DNA of 64,000 nt from an uncultured Candidatus Saccharibacteria bacterium (GTDB lineage Bacteria; Patescibacteriota; Saccharimonadia; Saccharimonadales; Saccharimonadaceae): NCBI GenBank assembly GCA_947425245.1, contig CANDYU010000001.1, positions 63,028 through 127,027 on the forward strand. The letters are read 5' to 3'. A program made the translations under genes and the position numbers. Shown here piece after piece: positions 25,987 through 35,310 of the stretch (its first letter is position 1; each line of letters starts with the position of its first letter). The notes below the pieces were generated by a model. The model was given only the letters and a program-made list of their open reading frames with translations, made no database searches and had not been told where the DNA came from.

Positions 25987-27315
25987 ATGAAGAAATTGCA
26001 TGGGTTAGTAATTAGCTGGTATTATCCGCCAGTTAATTCTTCTGAAGGCTTAGTGACCTATAAGTTATTAAAAAACTCGAATTTTACTTATGATGTTTTT
26101 ACACGAAAGCCTCAAACTAATTCTGAAAATATATGGGATAGGGATGTTGAGGAATCTGAATTAACAGCTGATAATGTAACTATATACCAGAGTGAAGCAG
26201 ATAATGAAAAAGAATGGGTAGACGAAGCGGTGCGATTTTTTGAGCAACACGCCGACGAGTATGACTTTGTTATGTCACGTATCATGTCAAAAGATGCTCA
26301 TGTTGCGGCGGCAAGAATTAAAAATATGCACCCGGAGATTTTTTGGATAGCTTCGTTTGGTGATCCTCTAGTAGATTCGCCATATCTAGAGATCATAAAA
26401 AAGAGGAGTAATCCGTTTTTTTTGAAGCAGTATTATGTCAAGGAGTTACCTTCATTCCCTAAGCTATTAAGGTTGGCCATATCACCAACCCGAATAGCAA
26501 GAAAAAAGGTATGGGAAAAAGAACGAATTGAAAAAATGATTTTTCCTAACGAATGTAAGGCGGTGAATGATGAGACTTTTGAAAAAGCTGATTTGTTAGT
26601 TTTTAATAATCAGCAACAGTACGATTTGGCTTTTAGCGGAGAAAAGGCTAAATATCAACCAAAAGGAGTTGTTGTTTTTCATAGCTTTGATAAGAGCTTG
26701 TATCCGAAAACCGTTGAACCAAAAAATGACAATAAGATACATTTTGTTTATGTTGGACATTTGGACAGCCTGCGGAATGCAAAGTCTGTTTTTGACGCAT
26801 TAGGTATGATGAAGAAAAATGATTCGTTGCTAAGCGAGAAAGTGCACTTTGATTTTTATGGCCACATCGATGATATGGATAAAGTGGCAATTGTTGATAA
26901 TGAGATAGCCGATTTAGTATCACTGCATAAAAATATAACTTATCTTGAGAGTCTGAAAAAGATGAAAGAGGCTGACTGGCTAATTATGATTGATGCAAAT
27001 CTTAACAAGTTGTTAGATGAGTATATTTATTTACCAGCAAAGCTTATGGATTATTTTGGGGCAGGAAAAAACATTTTTGCAATTACGCAACTGAGAGGAA
27101 CGACCGCTGATGCTATGAAAAAGACTAGGGCTGGAAAGGTTGTAACGCATTGTGCGAGCGATGTTGCCCTATATCTTTCGAAGATAATTTATCAGAACTA
27201 CAATCCAGCGAAACGTAATGAGAAATCTCTGTCTGAGTATGATGCGGTTAATGTTGCTAAGATGTTTGATGAAATGGTTTTAGACGGGATACAGAAAGAA
27301 CAAAAGGGCTGCTAA
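25987..27315 (+). CDS. Putative glycosyltransferase or glycopolymer-modifying enzyme (GT-B-like), function uncertain
   Basis: 442-aa ORF within the glycan operon. It carries a WYYPPVNSSEG N-terminal motif but no firm family match from memory. Confidence 0.4.
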   Translation: MKKLHGLVISWYYPPVNSSEGLVTYKLLKNSNFTYDVFTRKPQTNSENIWDRDVEESELTADNVTIYQSEADNEKEWVDEAVRFFEQHADEYDFVMSRIMSKDAHVAAARIKNMHPEIFWIASFGDPLVDSPYLEIIKKRSNPFFLKQYYVKELPSFPKLLRLAISPTRIARKKVWEKERIEKMIFPNECKAVNDETFEKADLLVFNNQQQYDLAFSGEKAKYQPKGVVVFHSFDKSLYPKTVEPKNDNKIHFVYVGHLDSLRNAKSVFDALGMMKKNDSLLSEKVHFDFYGHIDDMDKVAIVDNEIADLVSLHKNITYLESLKKMKEADWLIMIDANLNKLLDEYIYLPAKLMDYFGAGKNIFAITQLRGTTADAMKKTRAGKVVTHCASDVALYLSKIIYQNYNPAKRNEKSLSEYDAVNVAKMFDEMVLDGIQKEQKGC

Positions 27316-27346
27316 GTCGCGTAAACAACAATTTAAAGGAGTTAGA

Positions 27347-28447
27347 ATGAAAAAAGTTTTTGTGGTGTTTGGAACAAGGCCAGAGGCTATAAAAATGGCA
27401 CCGGTTGTGAAGGAGCTACAAAAGCGTGATGGCATCCGGACCATTGTTTGTGTTACAGCACAACATAGAGCAATGCTGGATCAGGTGTTGGAGGTTTTTC
27501 ATATTAAGCCGGATTATGACCTGGATATTATGGAGCCTGGTCAAACCTTAACTACTATAACTACGAAAGTATTAACAAAACTCGAGAGCATTCTATTAGA
27601 TGAGCAGCCTGACATGATGTTGGTACATGGTGATACGACCACGGCAATGGCTGCTTCCCTGGCAGCATTTTATCAGCATATTCCGGTTGGTCATGTTGAA
27701 GCTGGGTTGCGAACTTACGATCTTTATTCCCCTTTTCCTGAAGAAATGAACCGACAGATTATTGACCGGATTGCATTTAGGCTGTATGCCCCAACAGATG
27801 CAAGCAAGTCACATCTTGAAGGTAATTTGAACAATGAACAGAAGATATTAGTTACTGGTAATACAGCAATTGATGCACTCAAAGCAACTGTGGGTGGTAA
27901 TTATACACATCCAGTACTGGGTTGGGTAGACGATAGACGCATGATTTTATTAACTACACATAGACGCGAAAATTTGGGGAAGCCAATGCGGCAGATTTTT
28001 GATGCTATCAATAGGGTTACAGCGGATTTTGAAGATGTTTGTGTGGTATATCCTATACATTTGAACCCTAAGATTCAAAGCTTAGCTCAAGAGATATTAT
28101 CAGACAATGCAAAAGTAAAGATTATTGACCCTCTTGATGTTTTAGATTTTCATAATTTCGCTAAGCGGGCTTATCTCATCCTTTCTGATAGTGGTGGCGT
28201 ACAAGAGGAGGCCCCTTCACTTAATACGCCTGTTTTGGTTTTGCGTGAAACGACTGAGCGTCCAGAAGGCATTAAGGCTGGAACACTAAAACTAGTAGGT
28301 ACGGAGTCTGAAAAAATCTATCGCGAAACTACACACTTGTTGAACGATAGTGCGAGTTATGAAAGAATGGCTAAGGCACGAAACCCATACGGTGATGGGT
28401 TTGCTAGTCGCTACATCGTGGATGATGTTATAGAATTTCTTAAATAG
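27347..28447 (+). CDS. wecB: UDP-N-acetylglucosamine 2-epimerase (non-hydrolysing)
   Basis: Motifs FGTRPEAIKMAPV, HVEAGLRT and DSGGVQEEAP. Confidence 0.93.
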   Translation: MKKVFVVFGTRPEAIKMAPVVKELQKRDGIRTIVCVTAQHRAMLDQVLEVFHIKPDYDLDIMEPGQTLTTITTKVLTKLESILLDEQPDMMLVHGDTTTAMAASLAAFYQHIPVGHVEAGLRTYDLYSPFPEEMNRQIIDRIAFRLYAPTDASKSHLEGNLNNEQKILVTGNTAIDALKATVGGNYTHPVLGWVDDRRMILLTTHRRENLGKPMRQIFDAINRVTADFEDVCVVYPIHLNPKIQSLAQEILSDNAKVKIIDPLDVLDFHNFAKRAYLILSDSGGVQEEAPSLNTPVLVLRETTERPEGIKAGTLKLVGTESEKIYRETTHLLNDSASYERMAKARNPYGDGFASRYIVDDVIEFLK

Positions 28448-28457
28448 TACAATGAGC

Positions 28458-28493
28458 AAAGTGCGACAGATGTAGTTTACTGTCGCACTTTTT
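28458..28493. terminator. Bidirectional terminator hairpin between the convergent wecB and lectin genes
   Basis: AAAGTGCGACAG-N10-CTGTCGCACTTT, flanked by A- and T-runs. Confidence 0.7.
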
Positions 28494-28504
28494 GAGCTGG
28501 CTAA

Positions 28505-30745
28505 CTATTTTACGAGTTGAAGTCTCCATTCTTGAGCTAACTGAGAATAGTTCTCCCAGAGCCAGATTTGGCTACCCATAGTTGTGGTCGCTCCAGCAAT
28601 GTCGACAACTCGATTATCAAGACAAGAAGAAACAATTTTATAGTGTCCGTTTGCCATCTTATTAAAGTGCCATCGTGTTGTGCAGTTGCTGGCCTGGGTT
28701 TGCGAATTAATTACTACATTGTTACCCATAGAACCGTTTTTATTTGTGATGGATAGGCTCTTGCTGGAGTTGAGATCGGTAAGAGTATAATCTCCTGTCA
28801 GTCTATTGTAGGTAATTTGCCATTTTTGTGCGCCTTGAGGATACTGCTCCCAAAGCCAAACATTGGCACCATTGGTTTTGCTTAAGCCGGAAACATCAAC
28901 AGCCCGACTATTGTCTGCCCCAGAGAGCAAAACATATATTCCTTCGTCAATATAATCATAGTTCGTTGTTGGCTTAAATGACCATTTTTGGCTATTAGAG
29001 TTGTTGGATGCCCATAACTGAATGTTGGTTCCGAAGCTATTGTTTCCGCCCTGCACATCAATTACTTGCCCAACTTTGCATGCAGACATGATAGTATATG
29101 AGGAATCATCCGTCGCGGGGATAATCTTCCAATAGTGACCACATGTCTCGTATTTATGCCAGACTTGAATATTTGCTCCTAGATTAGTAGATGCACCCGT
29201 AACTTCGAGTGTTTTACCAGATTCTATATTAGTTATGATATATGAATCGACACTTGGCTCGTAGACAAAGTGCCAGTTCTGAAAACCTCCGTAATAGTCT
29301 TCCCAGAGCTGAATATTAGCACCATCAGAATCATTTAGTCCTGCAACATCTAATGTGAGGTTAGCATTGAGATTGGTTTGAATCTTGTAATTAGCCTCCT
29401 GAACTGTTTGGCCAATATATGTTTGCCAAAGTTGGCTTTGTGAACCGATATATGAAGATAGAACGAGGTTAACGCCGTTTCGTATATCACTGCTAGTTGC
29501 GGTAATTACCATACCTTTTGCACACGAAGACTCAAAGACGAGACTGTTATCACTAGGTTGATAGATTTGCCACCGTTGAGCACAAGACGATGAGGGCTGA
29601 GAGATTTGGAGGTTTACACCATCAGCAATAGTTTCGGTCGCCGCACTAAGATTCAAATTAGAATTAATATCTACGATAGTAAAGTCTTGGGTTGTACTAT
29701 TATACACAACTCGCCAACGCTGAGCACCTTGGGGATACTGTTCCCACAGTTGAACATTTGTGCCATGATAATTCTGTAATCCGGAAACATCGAAAACGAA
29801 GCGTTTTGTTGATTCTGTTGAAGAAAAGCCATAAATCCCTTCGGGAATACTGGTTAGATACTCTTTACTAATTGCTTCTTGAGTATTCCCAAACCAATCT
29901 GTAAAGTAGAGGTAGAAGTTACGGTTTCCGTAAGCTGAACAGATATCTCCAGTACCATAACCAGCAGCAAGGGCAGAGGAGTTGGGTTGGTATGGAGTAT
30001 AGCGATAGAGGGATGAAGTTGCTCGATTCTCAATGAAGACCATACTACCACCACAGCCAGCTGAAGGGTTGTATTGGATATAGCTCATTTGGCCGGCTGG
30101 ATAGTTAGACCATCCACCATCTAAGACACTGCGGAACATAGCAGCGGCGTTGTGGACTTGGTTTTTGAAGCCATAGTATTTTGAGCTGCAGGCTGCAGTA
30201 TCTGGACAGCCATATCCGGTAGCGGAGCGGAATTGGTTGCTGTTTGGATAGCTATCGGTAATTAGGCTTTGCTCTTTTTCGAGAAGCACGAGGAGAACTT
30301 GGGGGTTAATACGATAATCTTGGGCGGCTTCGTAAATAATATCGGCGGCACTCTGCCCTTCTCCCGGGTTAAGAGCGGCACCATAAACGGTTCCATCACC
30401 AAAACGCTCTTCGGCTAAACAGACGAAGTGTCCATTTTCAAAATGCCAATCGGTGTTTGGGTAGGCAGCCTTCAGTTGTAGATATTGATTGTAGTTAGTA
30501 TTATTACAGTTCCCTTTTGTATTAAGGAAGTTTTGAATATCGGCACGCGACATCGAATTGTAATTTGCCATCACGCTATCACTGATAATGTTCCCAGCAT
30601 TAAAGCCGCTGGTTGTTGCCGCAGAAGAGCGTTGCATCCCGTGCATAGCTAAGAATGAAAGGGTTGTAATCATACAGAAGATAAAGAGTACAATAAACAT
30701 TGTATAATACTTACGCAGGTTGTCGGTTAGGGATTTTAGATTCAT
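28505..30745 (-). CDS. Secreted or anchored protein: a conserved N-terminal wall-associated domain followed by three ricin-type beta-trefoil lectin domains
   Basis: N-terminal TM or signal sequence. Nine QxW-type repeats are present (e.g. NVQLWEQYPQGAQRWRV, NIQLWEDYYGGFQNWHF, NVWLWEQYPQGAQKWQI), which gives 3 domains of 3 subdomains each. Confidence 0.8.
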   Translation of the reverse strand: MNLKSLTDNLRKYYTMFIVLFIFCMITTLSFLAMHGMQRSSAATTSGFNAGNIISDSVMANYNSMSRADIQNFLNTKGNCNNTNYNQYLQLKAAYPNTDWHFENGHFVCLAEERFGDGTVYGAALNPGEGQSAADIIYEAAQDYRINPQVLLVLLEKEQSLITDSYPNSNQFRSATGYGCPDTAACSSKYYGFKNQVHNAAAMFRSVLDGGWSNYPAGQMSYIQYNPSAGCGGSMVFIENRATSSLYRYTPYQPNSSALAAGYGTGDICSAYGNRNFYLYFTDWFGNTQEAISKEYLTSIPEGIYGFSSTESTKRFVFDVSGLQNYHGTNVQLWEQYPQGAQRWRVVYNSTTQDFTIVDINSNLNLSAATETIADGVNLQISQPSSSCAQRWQIYQPSDNSLVFESSCAKGMVITATSSDIRNGVNLVLSSYIGSQSQLWQTYIGQTVQEANYKIQTNLNANLTLDVAGLNDSDGANIQLWEDYYGGFQNWHFVYEPSVDSYIITNIESGKTLEVTGASTNLGANIQVWHKYETCGHYWKIIPATDDSSYTIMSACKVGQVIDVQGGNNSFGTNIQLWASNNSNSQKWSFKPTTNYDYIDEGIYVLLSGADNSRAVDVSGLSKTNGANVWLWEQYPQGAQKWQITYNRLTGDYTLTDLNSSKSLSITNKNGSMGNNVVINSQTQASNCTTRWHFNKMANGHYKIVSSCLDNRVVDIAGATTTMGSQIWLWENYSQLAQEWRLQLVK

Positions 30746-31320
30746 AGTTCTACCTCGTCTGTAATGGTTCCGGTTTTTTGGTCGCTGGAAATCCTGATAT
30801 TAATTTGATATTTGCCTGGGTTAAGGGTTACGGTTGGGATGTTGAAGGTTTGACATACTGAGGATGTTACATCCGCAATGGCTGGAACTGTAGTCTTATA
30901 TTTAGATTGCCCGTTTTCATCAATGAGAGACAGTTCACAAGTCCCTTCCTTGGTTAGATATTGATTAATCATGGTAGAAATTATAAGCATACCCTCATTA
31001 ACGCCACGATATGTCACAGAGCCAGTCAATTCGTCGAGCTGGTTAGGATCTTCCCCTTCAAATTGGACAACTTTATCGTCCGGTTCTGGTGTTTTATCTT
31101 CGGGATCGTCCTTATCGGAATTACTGTTTGGATCTGGTTGGGAGTCGGGACTATTAGTGTTTGATTGGTCAGGGTTATCGGTTTCCGGGTCGGGTGTTTT
31201 TGTCACAAAAATACAAGTTACTACTACGGCGATAACAATAATGATTAGTGTAAGGATGACCCATGGTTGGCGGTAAAATGGCGTACTTCGCCCTGATTTT
31301 TTCGTTTTTGTTTTTGTCAT
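30742..31320 (-). CDS. Membrane-anchored protein with an acidic Pro/Asp/Asn-rich linker, unknown function
   Basis: 192 aa with one N-terminal TM segment. It overlaps the lectin gene start (ATGA), which suggests translational coupling. Confidence 0.5.
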   Translation of the reverse strand: MTKTKTKKSGRSTPFYRQPWVILTLIIIVIAVVVTCIFVTKTPDPETDNPDQSNTNSPDSQPDPNSNSDKDDPEDKTPEPDDKVVQFEGEDPNQLDELTGSVTYRGVNEGMLIISTMINQYLTKEGTCELSLIDENGQSKYKTTVPAIADVTSSVCQTFNIPTVTLNPGKYQINIRISSDQKTGTITDEVEL

Positions 31321-31513
31321 GACATTTTTCTCCTATTTTTAGTGTAACAATGGATTTTTATCATGTCAACCTCCGGTTATTTAATTTTATAATCTGTATA
31401 AGCGGAGTATAACAAAGCTCGAGAAAAAATAGCAACCATAAGTATAATGTTTTATAAAAGTTGCTTGATTTTGAGAAAGTTTTTAGGGTAGTTTTAACTT
31501 TTTTATGAGAGAA

Positions 31514-31840
31514 TCATGAGAGGTCAAGACCTAAAATATCAGCGGCTTGACGAAGAATCTCAGCTTCGGCTGGGGAGACAGTCAAAAGACGCTCCTTAAA
31601 GAAATCGACGGTTTCGGGGTGGCGAAAGTTAAGAATCTCGAGAGAGCGGGCGGCACCAGGAGTTTTTTTCACAACACCCTTGGCGACGAGGTTATCGATA
31701 TGTTCCGCAACTGCAGATACAGACGAGAGGCCGAGTGCGGTCATAATTTCACGATAACTGGGTGATTCCCCCCTGGTGGCAGTGAAATCGTTTATAAAAT
31801 CTACAATAAGCGTTTGTTTTTTCGTCAATTTCATCATCAT
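31514..31840 (-). CDS. LexA-type winged-helix DNA-binding domain protein lacking the S24 peptidase domain
   Basis: LTKKQTLIVDFINDFTATRGESPSYREIMTALGLSSVSAVAEHIDNLVAKGVVKK resembles the LexA N-terminal domain. The protein is only 108 aa. Confidence 0.6.
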   Translation of the reverse strand: MMMKLTKKQTLIVDFINDFTATRGESPSYREIMTALGLSSVSAVAEHIDNLVAKGVVKKTPGAARSLEILNFRHPETVDFFKERLLTVSPAEAEILRQAADILGLDLS

Positions 31841-31892
31841 ATGTTATAATTAAGTATAGATTAGAAGGTCGAATAGGTCAACGGAAGGTTAA

Positions 31893-33662
31893 ATGGTCAA
31901 AACAACAATTGACGGATTAGCGGTGCGATCACAAAGTAGTGCACCAAAGATGGATACTCGGACTACTGTTCAGCGGCGGACGGTGAGTGATTTTGTAGTG
32001 CAAAAACAACCTAATAGCATGGGGGCGGTCAGTAAGGCTACACAGCATAGCGGTAAGAAGCGGATGATGAGTGATTTTGGTAGTGATGGTATAATGAAAC
32101 GGCTAGGAGCCGGTACGAGTCGCAGAAAAGTTGCAACCGTGTCTTTGGCTGATGATTTCTTAAGTCCAGTAAGCGGATTTAGTTTGGGGAGCCCTGAGGA
32201 GATTGAGAGCTTTTCGAAGGCGGACGACTCCGACTGGTCCGAATTATTGGCGGGGTTAACTGAGGATGGGGGGATTGATGCTTTGGAGGATGAACCTGAA
32301 CAGGAGCCAAAGAAGCGTAAAAAGACTAAGAAAAGTAAGAATAAGCGACATATTGGTCGAAAGATTTTTGCGACTTTATTTATAATGTTATGTGTGGCTG
32401 GTGGGGTCTTGTATATATGGGGAGATAGCTTGATTTCTAAGTTAACTAATGGAAACTCTGGTTTGTTTGGCACTTTTATGTCATTAATGTCGGAGGAGGT
32501 ACCGTTTAAAGCTGATGCCAATGGTAGGACAAATGTCTTAGTTTTTGGAACTGAGGGATACAATATGAACGGTGACTCTTACGGCGGTGTACAGCATGAC
32601 GGTGCACAGCTGACCGACTCTATTATGGTGGTTAGTTTTGATCAAAAAACTAAGGATATTGCTTTGCTGAGTTTACCGAGAGACTTAAAGGTTTCTATGG
32701 CCTGTTCAGCCGGAAAAATTAATGAGGTTTATTGGTGCCACAATCAGGCTGGCGATGCTGAGGAGGCGGGAGCACAGGCTTTAATGTCTCAGATTGGTCA
32801 GATATTGGGGATTGAACTGCAGTATTGGGTTCATGTAAACTGGGCTTCGGTGGTAGATATTGTGGATACTTTGGGTGGCATTACGGTAACTTTGGATGAG
32901 GATATTGAGGACTATTATAGTACTGGCGTGGTAATTCAAGCTGGCGTACCAACGACTTTAGACGGAATTGGAGCCGTTGCTTTGGCTCGGGCGAGGTATG
33001 GGACGAACGGTGGAGACTTTACGCGTGGGAATTCGCAACAGAAGATTGTGGAGGCAATCACGAGAAAACTGATTGAAAATGGGATAGGGTTTAACGAGAC
33101 CCTAGGACTACTAAACATCTTAGGAGATAATTTACGAACAAACTTCTCTTCCGATAATATTAAGTCTGGTATGCATTTGTTGGCAGGATTTGATCCAGCT
33201 AATATTCGCAGCGTACCACTAATGGATTATGAGAACCAGGTGTATTATGTCACCACAGCAACTATTAATAATATATCGTATGTAATTCCCTCTGCTGGTC
33301 AAAGCAATTATACGCAGATTCAGCAATATGTTAGAAAGAAATTTAGTAGTAATCCTGCGATGCGTGAGGGGGCACAGATTGCCGTGTTTAATGCCACGAG
33401 TGGAAGCGGAGTAGCAGGCGTGGAGATGAAAAGGTTAGAGAATGACGGGTTTAGTGTATTGATGATTAGCGACGCGGCGTTGGATGATTGTAATGAACAA
33501 TATTGTGTGTTCGCACTGAATGATAATATGCCGGGAACAAAAGCAGCCTTGGAGCAGCGTTATCAGACAACAATTAGGTCAGCCAGCGAAGTACCGGCAG
33601 ATATTTGGCCAGGCGATGCTGATTTTATCGTGATAATTGGGTCAGTATCGGAAGAAATGTAG
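31893..33662 (+). CDS. LytR-CpsA-Psr (LCP) family glycopolymer-peptidoglycan ligase with a C-terminal LytR_C-like domain
   Basis: TM anchor plus TNVLVFGTEG..DSIMVVSFD..LLSLPRDL and the R..YG...GDF.R motif. Confidence 0.85.
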   Translation: MVKTTIDGLAVRSQSSAPKMDTRTTVQRRTVSDFVVQKQPNSMGAVSKATQHSGKKRMMSDFGSDGIMKRLGAGTSRRKVATVSLADDFLSPVSGFSLGSPEEIESFSKADDSDWSELLAGLTEDGGIDALEDEPEQEPKKRKKTKKSKNKRHIGRKIFATLFIMLCVAGGVLYIWGDSLISKLTNGNSGLFGTFMSLMSEEVPFKADANGRTNVLVFGTEGYNMNGDSYGGVQHDGAQLTDSIMVVSFDQKTKDIALLSLPRDLKVSMACSAGKINEVYWCHNQAGDAEEAGAQALMSQIGQILGIELQYWVHVNWASVVDIVDTLGGITVTLDEDIEDYYSTGVVIQAGVPTTLDGIGAVALARARYGTNGGDFTRGNSQQKIVEAITRKLIENGIGFNETLGLLNILGDNLRTNFSSDNIKSGMHLLAGFDPANIRSVPLMDYENQVYYVTTATINNISYVIPSAGQSNYTQIQQYVRKKFSSNPAMREGAQIAVFNATSGSGVAGVEMKRLENDGFSVLMISDAALDDCNEQYCVFALNDNMPGTKAALEQRYQTTIRSASEVPADIWPGDADFIVIIGSVSEEM

Positions 33663-33675
33663 GGCGATAGATGAG

Positions 33676-33704
33676 AAAACCGGCTCCTAACGAGCCGGTT
33701 TTTG
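33676..33704. terminator. Bidirectional terminator between the LCP gene and jag
   Basis: AAAACCGGCTC-ctaac-GAGCCGGTTTTT. Confidence 0.7.
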
Positions 33705-33725
33705 TTGTGTGGTTAGAGAGATTTG

Positions 33726-34193
33726 TTAGTCGCTAAGAGATTTTTTCTCAACGATTAGCACACGGTCGTGGCCTTCACCTTCTGAGTGCGTTGTTATGTC
33801 GGAGTAATCCCTGGCAACCTTGTGAACAATGCGACGATCGGCGGCGTTAAGATTGAGATGTTTAGATTGTCCGGTTTGACGAACTTCGCGAATCCATTCC
33901 TCGGCTTGTTCAGCAATACGTTCAGCACGCTGGCGTTTGTAATCAGCAACATCAACACTAACACGAACGAGGGCTGCGTCACGACCAATGAGGGCTTGCG
34001 AAACTATGTGTTGCAAAGCACGCAGATTGTTTGCTTCCCTACCGATTAGGAGGGAGTTCATGGAGGTTGATGGAATCGACAGCTGAATGACTTCATCTTC
34101 AACGGTTGAATCAACGGCGACATTGATACCAAAGAATGATAATAAGTCTTCAAGATATTTTGTTGCAAATCTAATTGACTCGTCTTTATTCAT
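33726..34193 (-). CDS. jag: Jag/KhpB-like RNA-binding protein (KH plus R3H domains)
   Basis: R3H segment LNAADRRIVHKVA..THSEGEGHDRVLIV, and a conserved position downstream of yidC. Confidence 0.85.
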   Translation of the reverse strand: MNKDESIRFATKYLEDLLSFFGINVAVDSTVEDEVIQLSIPSTSMNSLLIGREANNLRALQHIVSQALIGRDAALVRVSVDVADYKRQRAERIAEQAEEWIREVRQTGQSKHLNLNAADRRIVHKVARDYSDITTHSEGEGHDRVLIVEKKSLSD

Positions 34194-34201
34194 ATATTCT
34201 C

Positions 34202-35269
34202 CTATTTACGTTTTCTTGAATGACCGCGCTTACTACTTTTAGCAGTAATACGAGTTACCTTGACACCATTTTTTGGGGTTTTAACAACTTCAGCTTCCTC
34301 AATCTTATTAAGTTCCTTGATAATTCTCTTGTCAGCGGAAATCTCCATCTCGGAAGTTTTACGATTCAAGAGGTACTTTTGTTGTGCTCCAGTAATAAGG
34401 TTGCTGATCATATAGTAGAAAACTAGAGCACCCGGAAGATTAATCATAACAATGAACATCATGATAGGCATGGTTTTTGACATTTGACTACTCATAATAG
34501 TATTAAGTTCGGCTTGGTCAGGCTCTTTGCCGTCGGCAGCTTCTTTCATGAGTTGCCTAAAAGTGCGTGATTTGGCAGATTTTTTAGATGGGAGCTGCTG
34601 AGAAGAAATCCAATACTGCGTTAAGGCAGACAAAATGGCAAAAAGCATCATTATGAGGGCGTCGGTCGAAGTAAAACCTGGTCTCTGATCAAGATTGAGA
34701 AAATTGAAGAGCTTGGGGTGAAAATCGTAGGTTACTTCTGGGATTTTGGAGATTTTGTCATTGATTTCCTCTTCACTACCACCCTCGGAGCGGATTTGCT
34801 TTACCTCTTCAGTATATCGAAGATAGGGTTGTTGGAGGTTGATTACTTCATTAATACGCTCAATTTCGCGAATTGGAGCATAGGCTCGACGCTCAAGGTT
34901 GTCGTCAGGCGTGGGTAAAACCATAACTCGCACCGCGGTATAAAGGGCGATAAAAATCGGAAGCTGAATAAAGAGAGTCAGCATTGAGCGAAATGGCTTA
35001 ATATTATTACGTTTATAAAGATCCATCATTTGAAGTGACTCTAGTTGACGGTTGCCGTTGCAATTCTTTTTAATCTCAGCTAGCTCTGGCTGGATTTTTC
35101 GCATAAGGCGGGTTTGATGCATCTGTTGTTTAACTAGGGGCCAGAGGAGAATCTTTACTAAAATTGTAAAGAGGATGATTGCGAGACCAAAATCACCAAC
35201 TACGCCGTAAATGACAAAAAGGATGTTTGTGATTGGGCGAACAATCACCATATCAATTAACTCGAACAT
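34202..35269 (-). CDS. yidC: Membrane protein insertase YidC
   Basis: 355 aa with the PLVKQQMHQTRLMRKIQPELAEIKK motif and 5 TM segments. It lies in rnpA-yidC-jag synteny. Confidence 0.9.
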   Translation of the reverse strand: MFELIDMVIVRPITNILFVIYGVVGDFGLAIILFTILVKILLWPLVKQQMHQTRLMRKIQPELAEIKKNCNGNRQLESLQMMDLYKRNNIKPFRSMLTLFIQLPIFIALYTAVRVMVLPTPDDNLERRAYAPIREIERINEVINLQQPYLRYTEEVKQIRSEGGSEEEINDKISKIPEVTYDFHPKLFNFLNLDQRPGFTSTDALIMMLFAILSALTQYWISSQQLPSKKSAKSRTFRQLMKEAADGKEPDQAELNTIMSSQMSKTMPIMMFIVMINLPGALVFYYMISNLITGAQQKYLLNRKTSEMEISADKRIIKELNKIEEAEVVKTPKNGVKVTRITAKSSKRGHSRKRK

Positions 35270-35310
35270 GTGATTATTATAACATACTTGACGCCCCTAT
35301 GGGGAGATTC

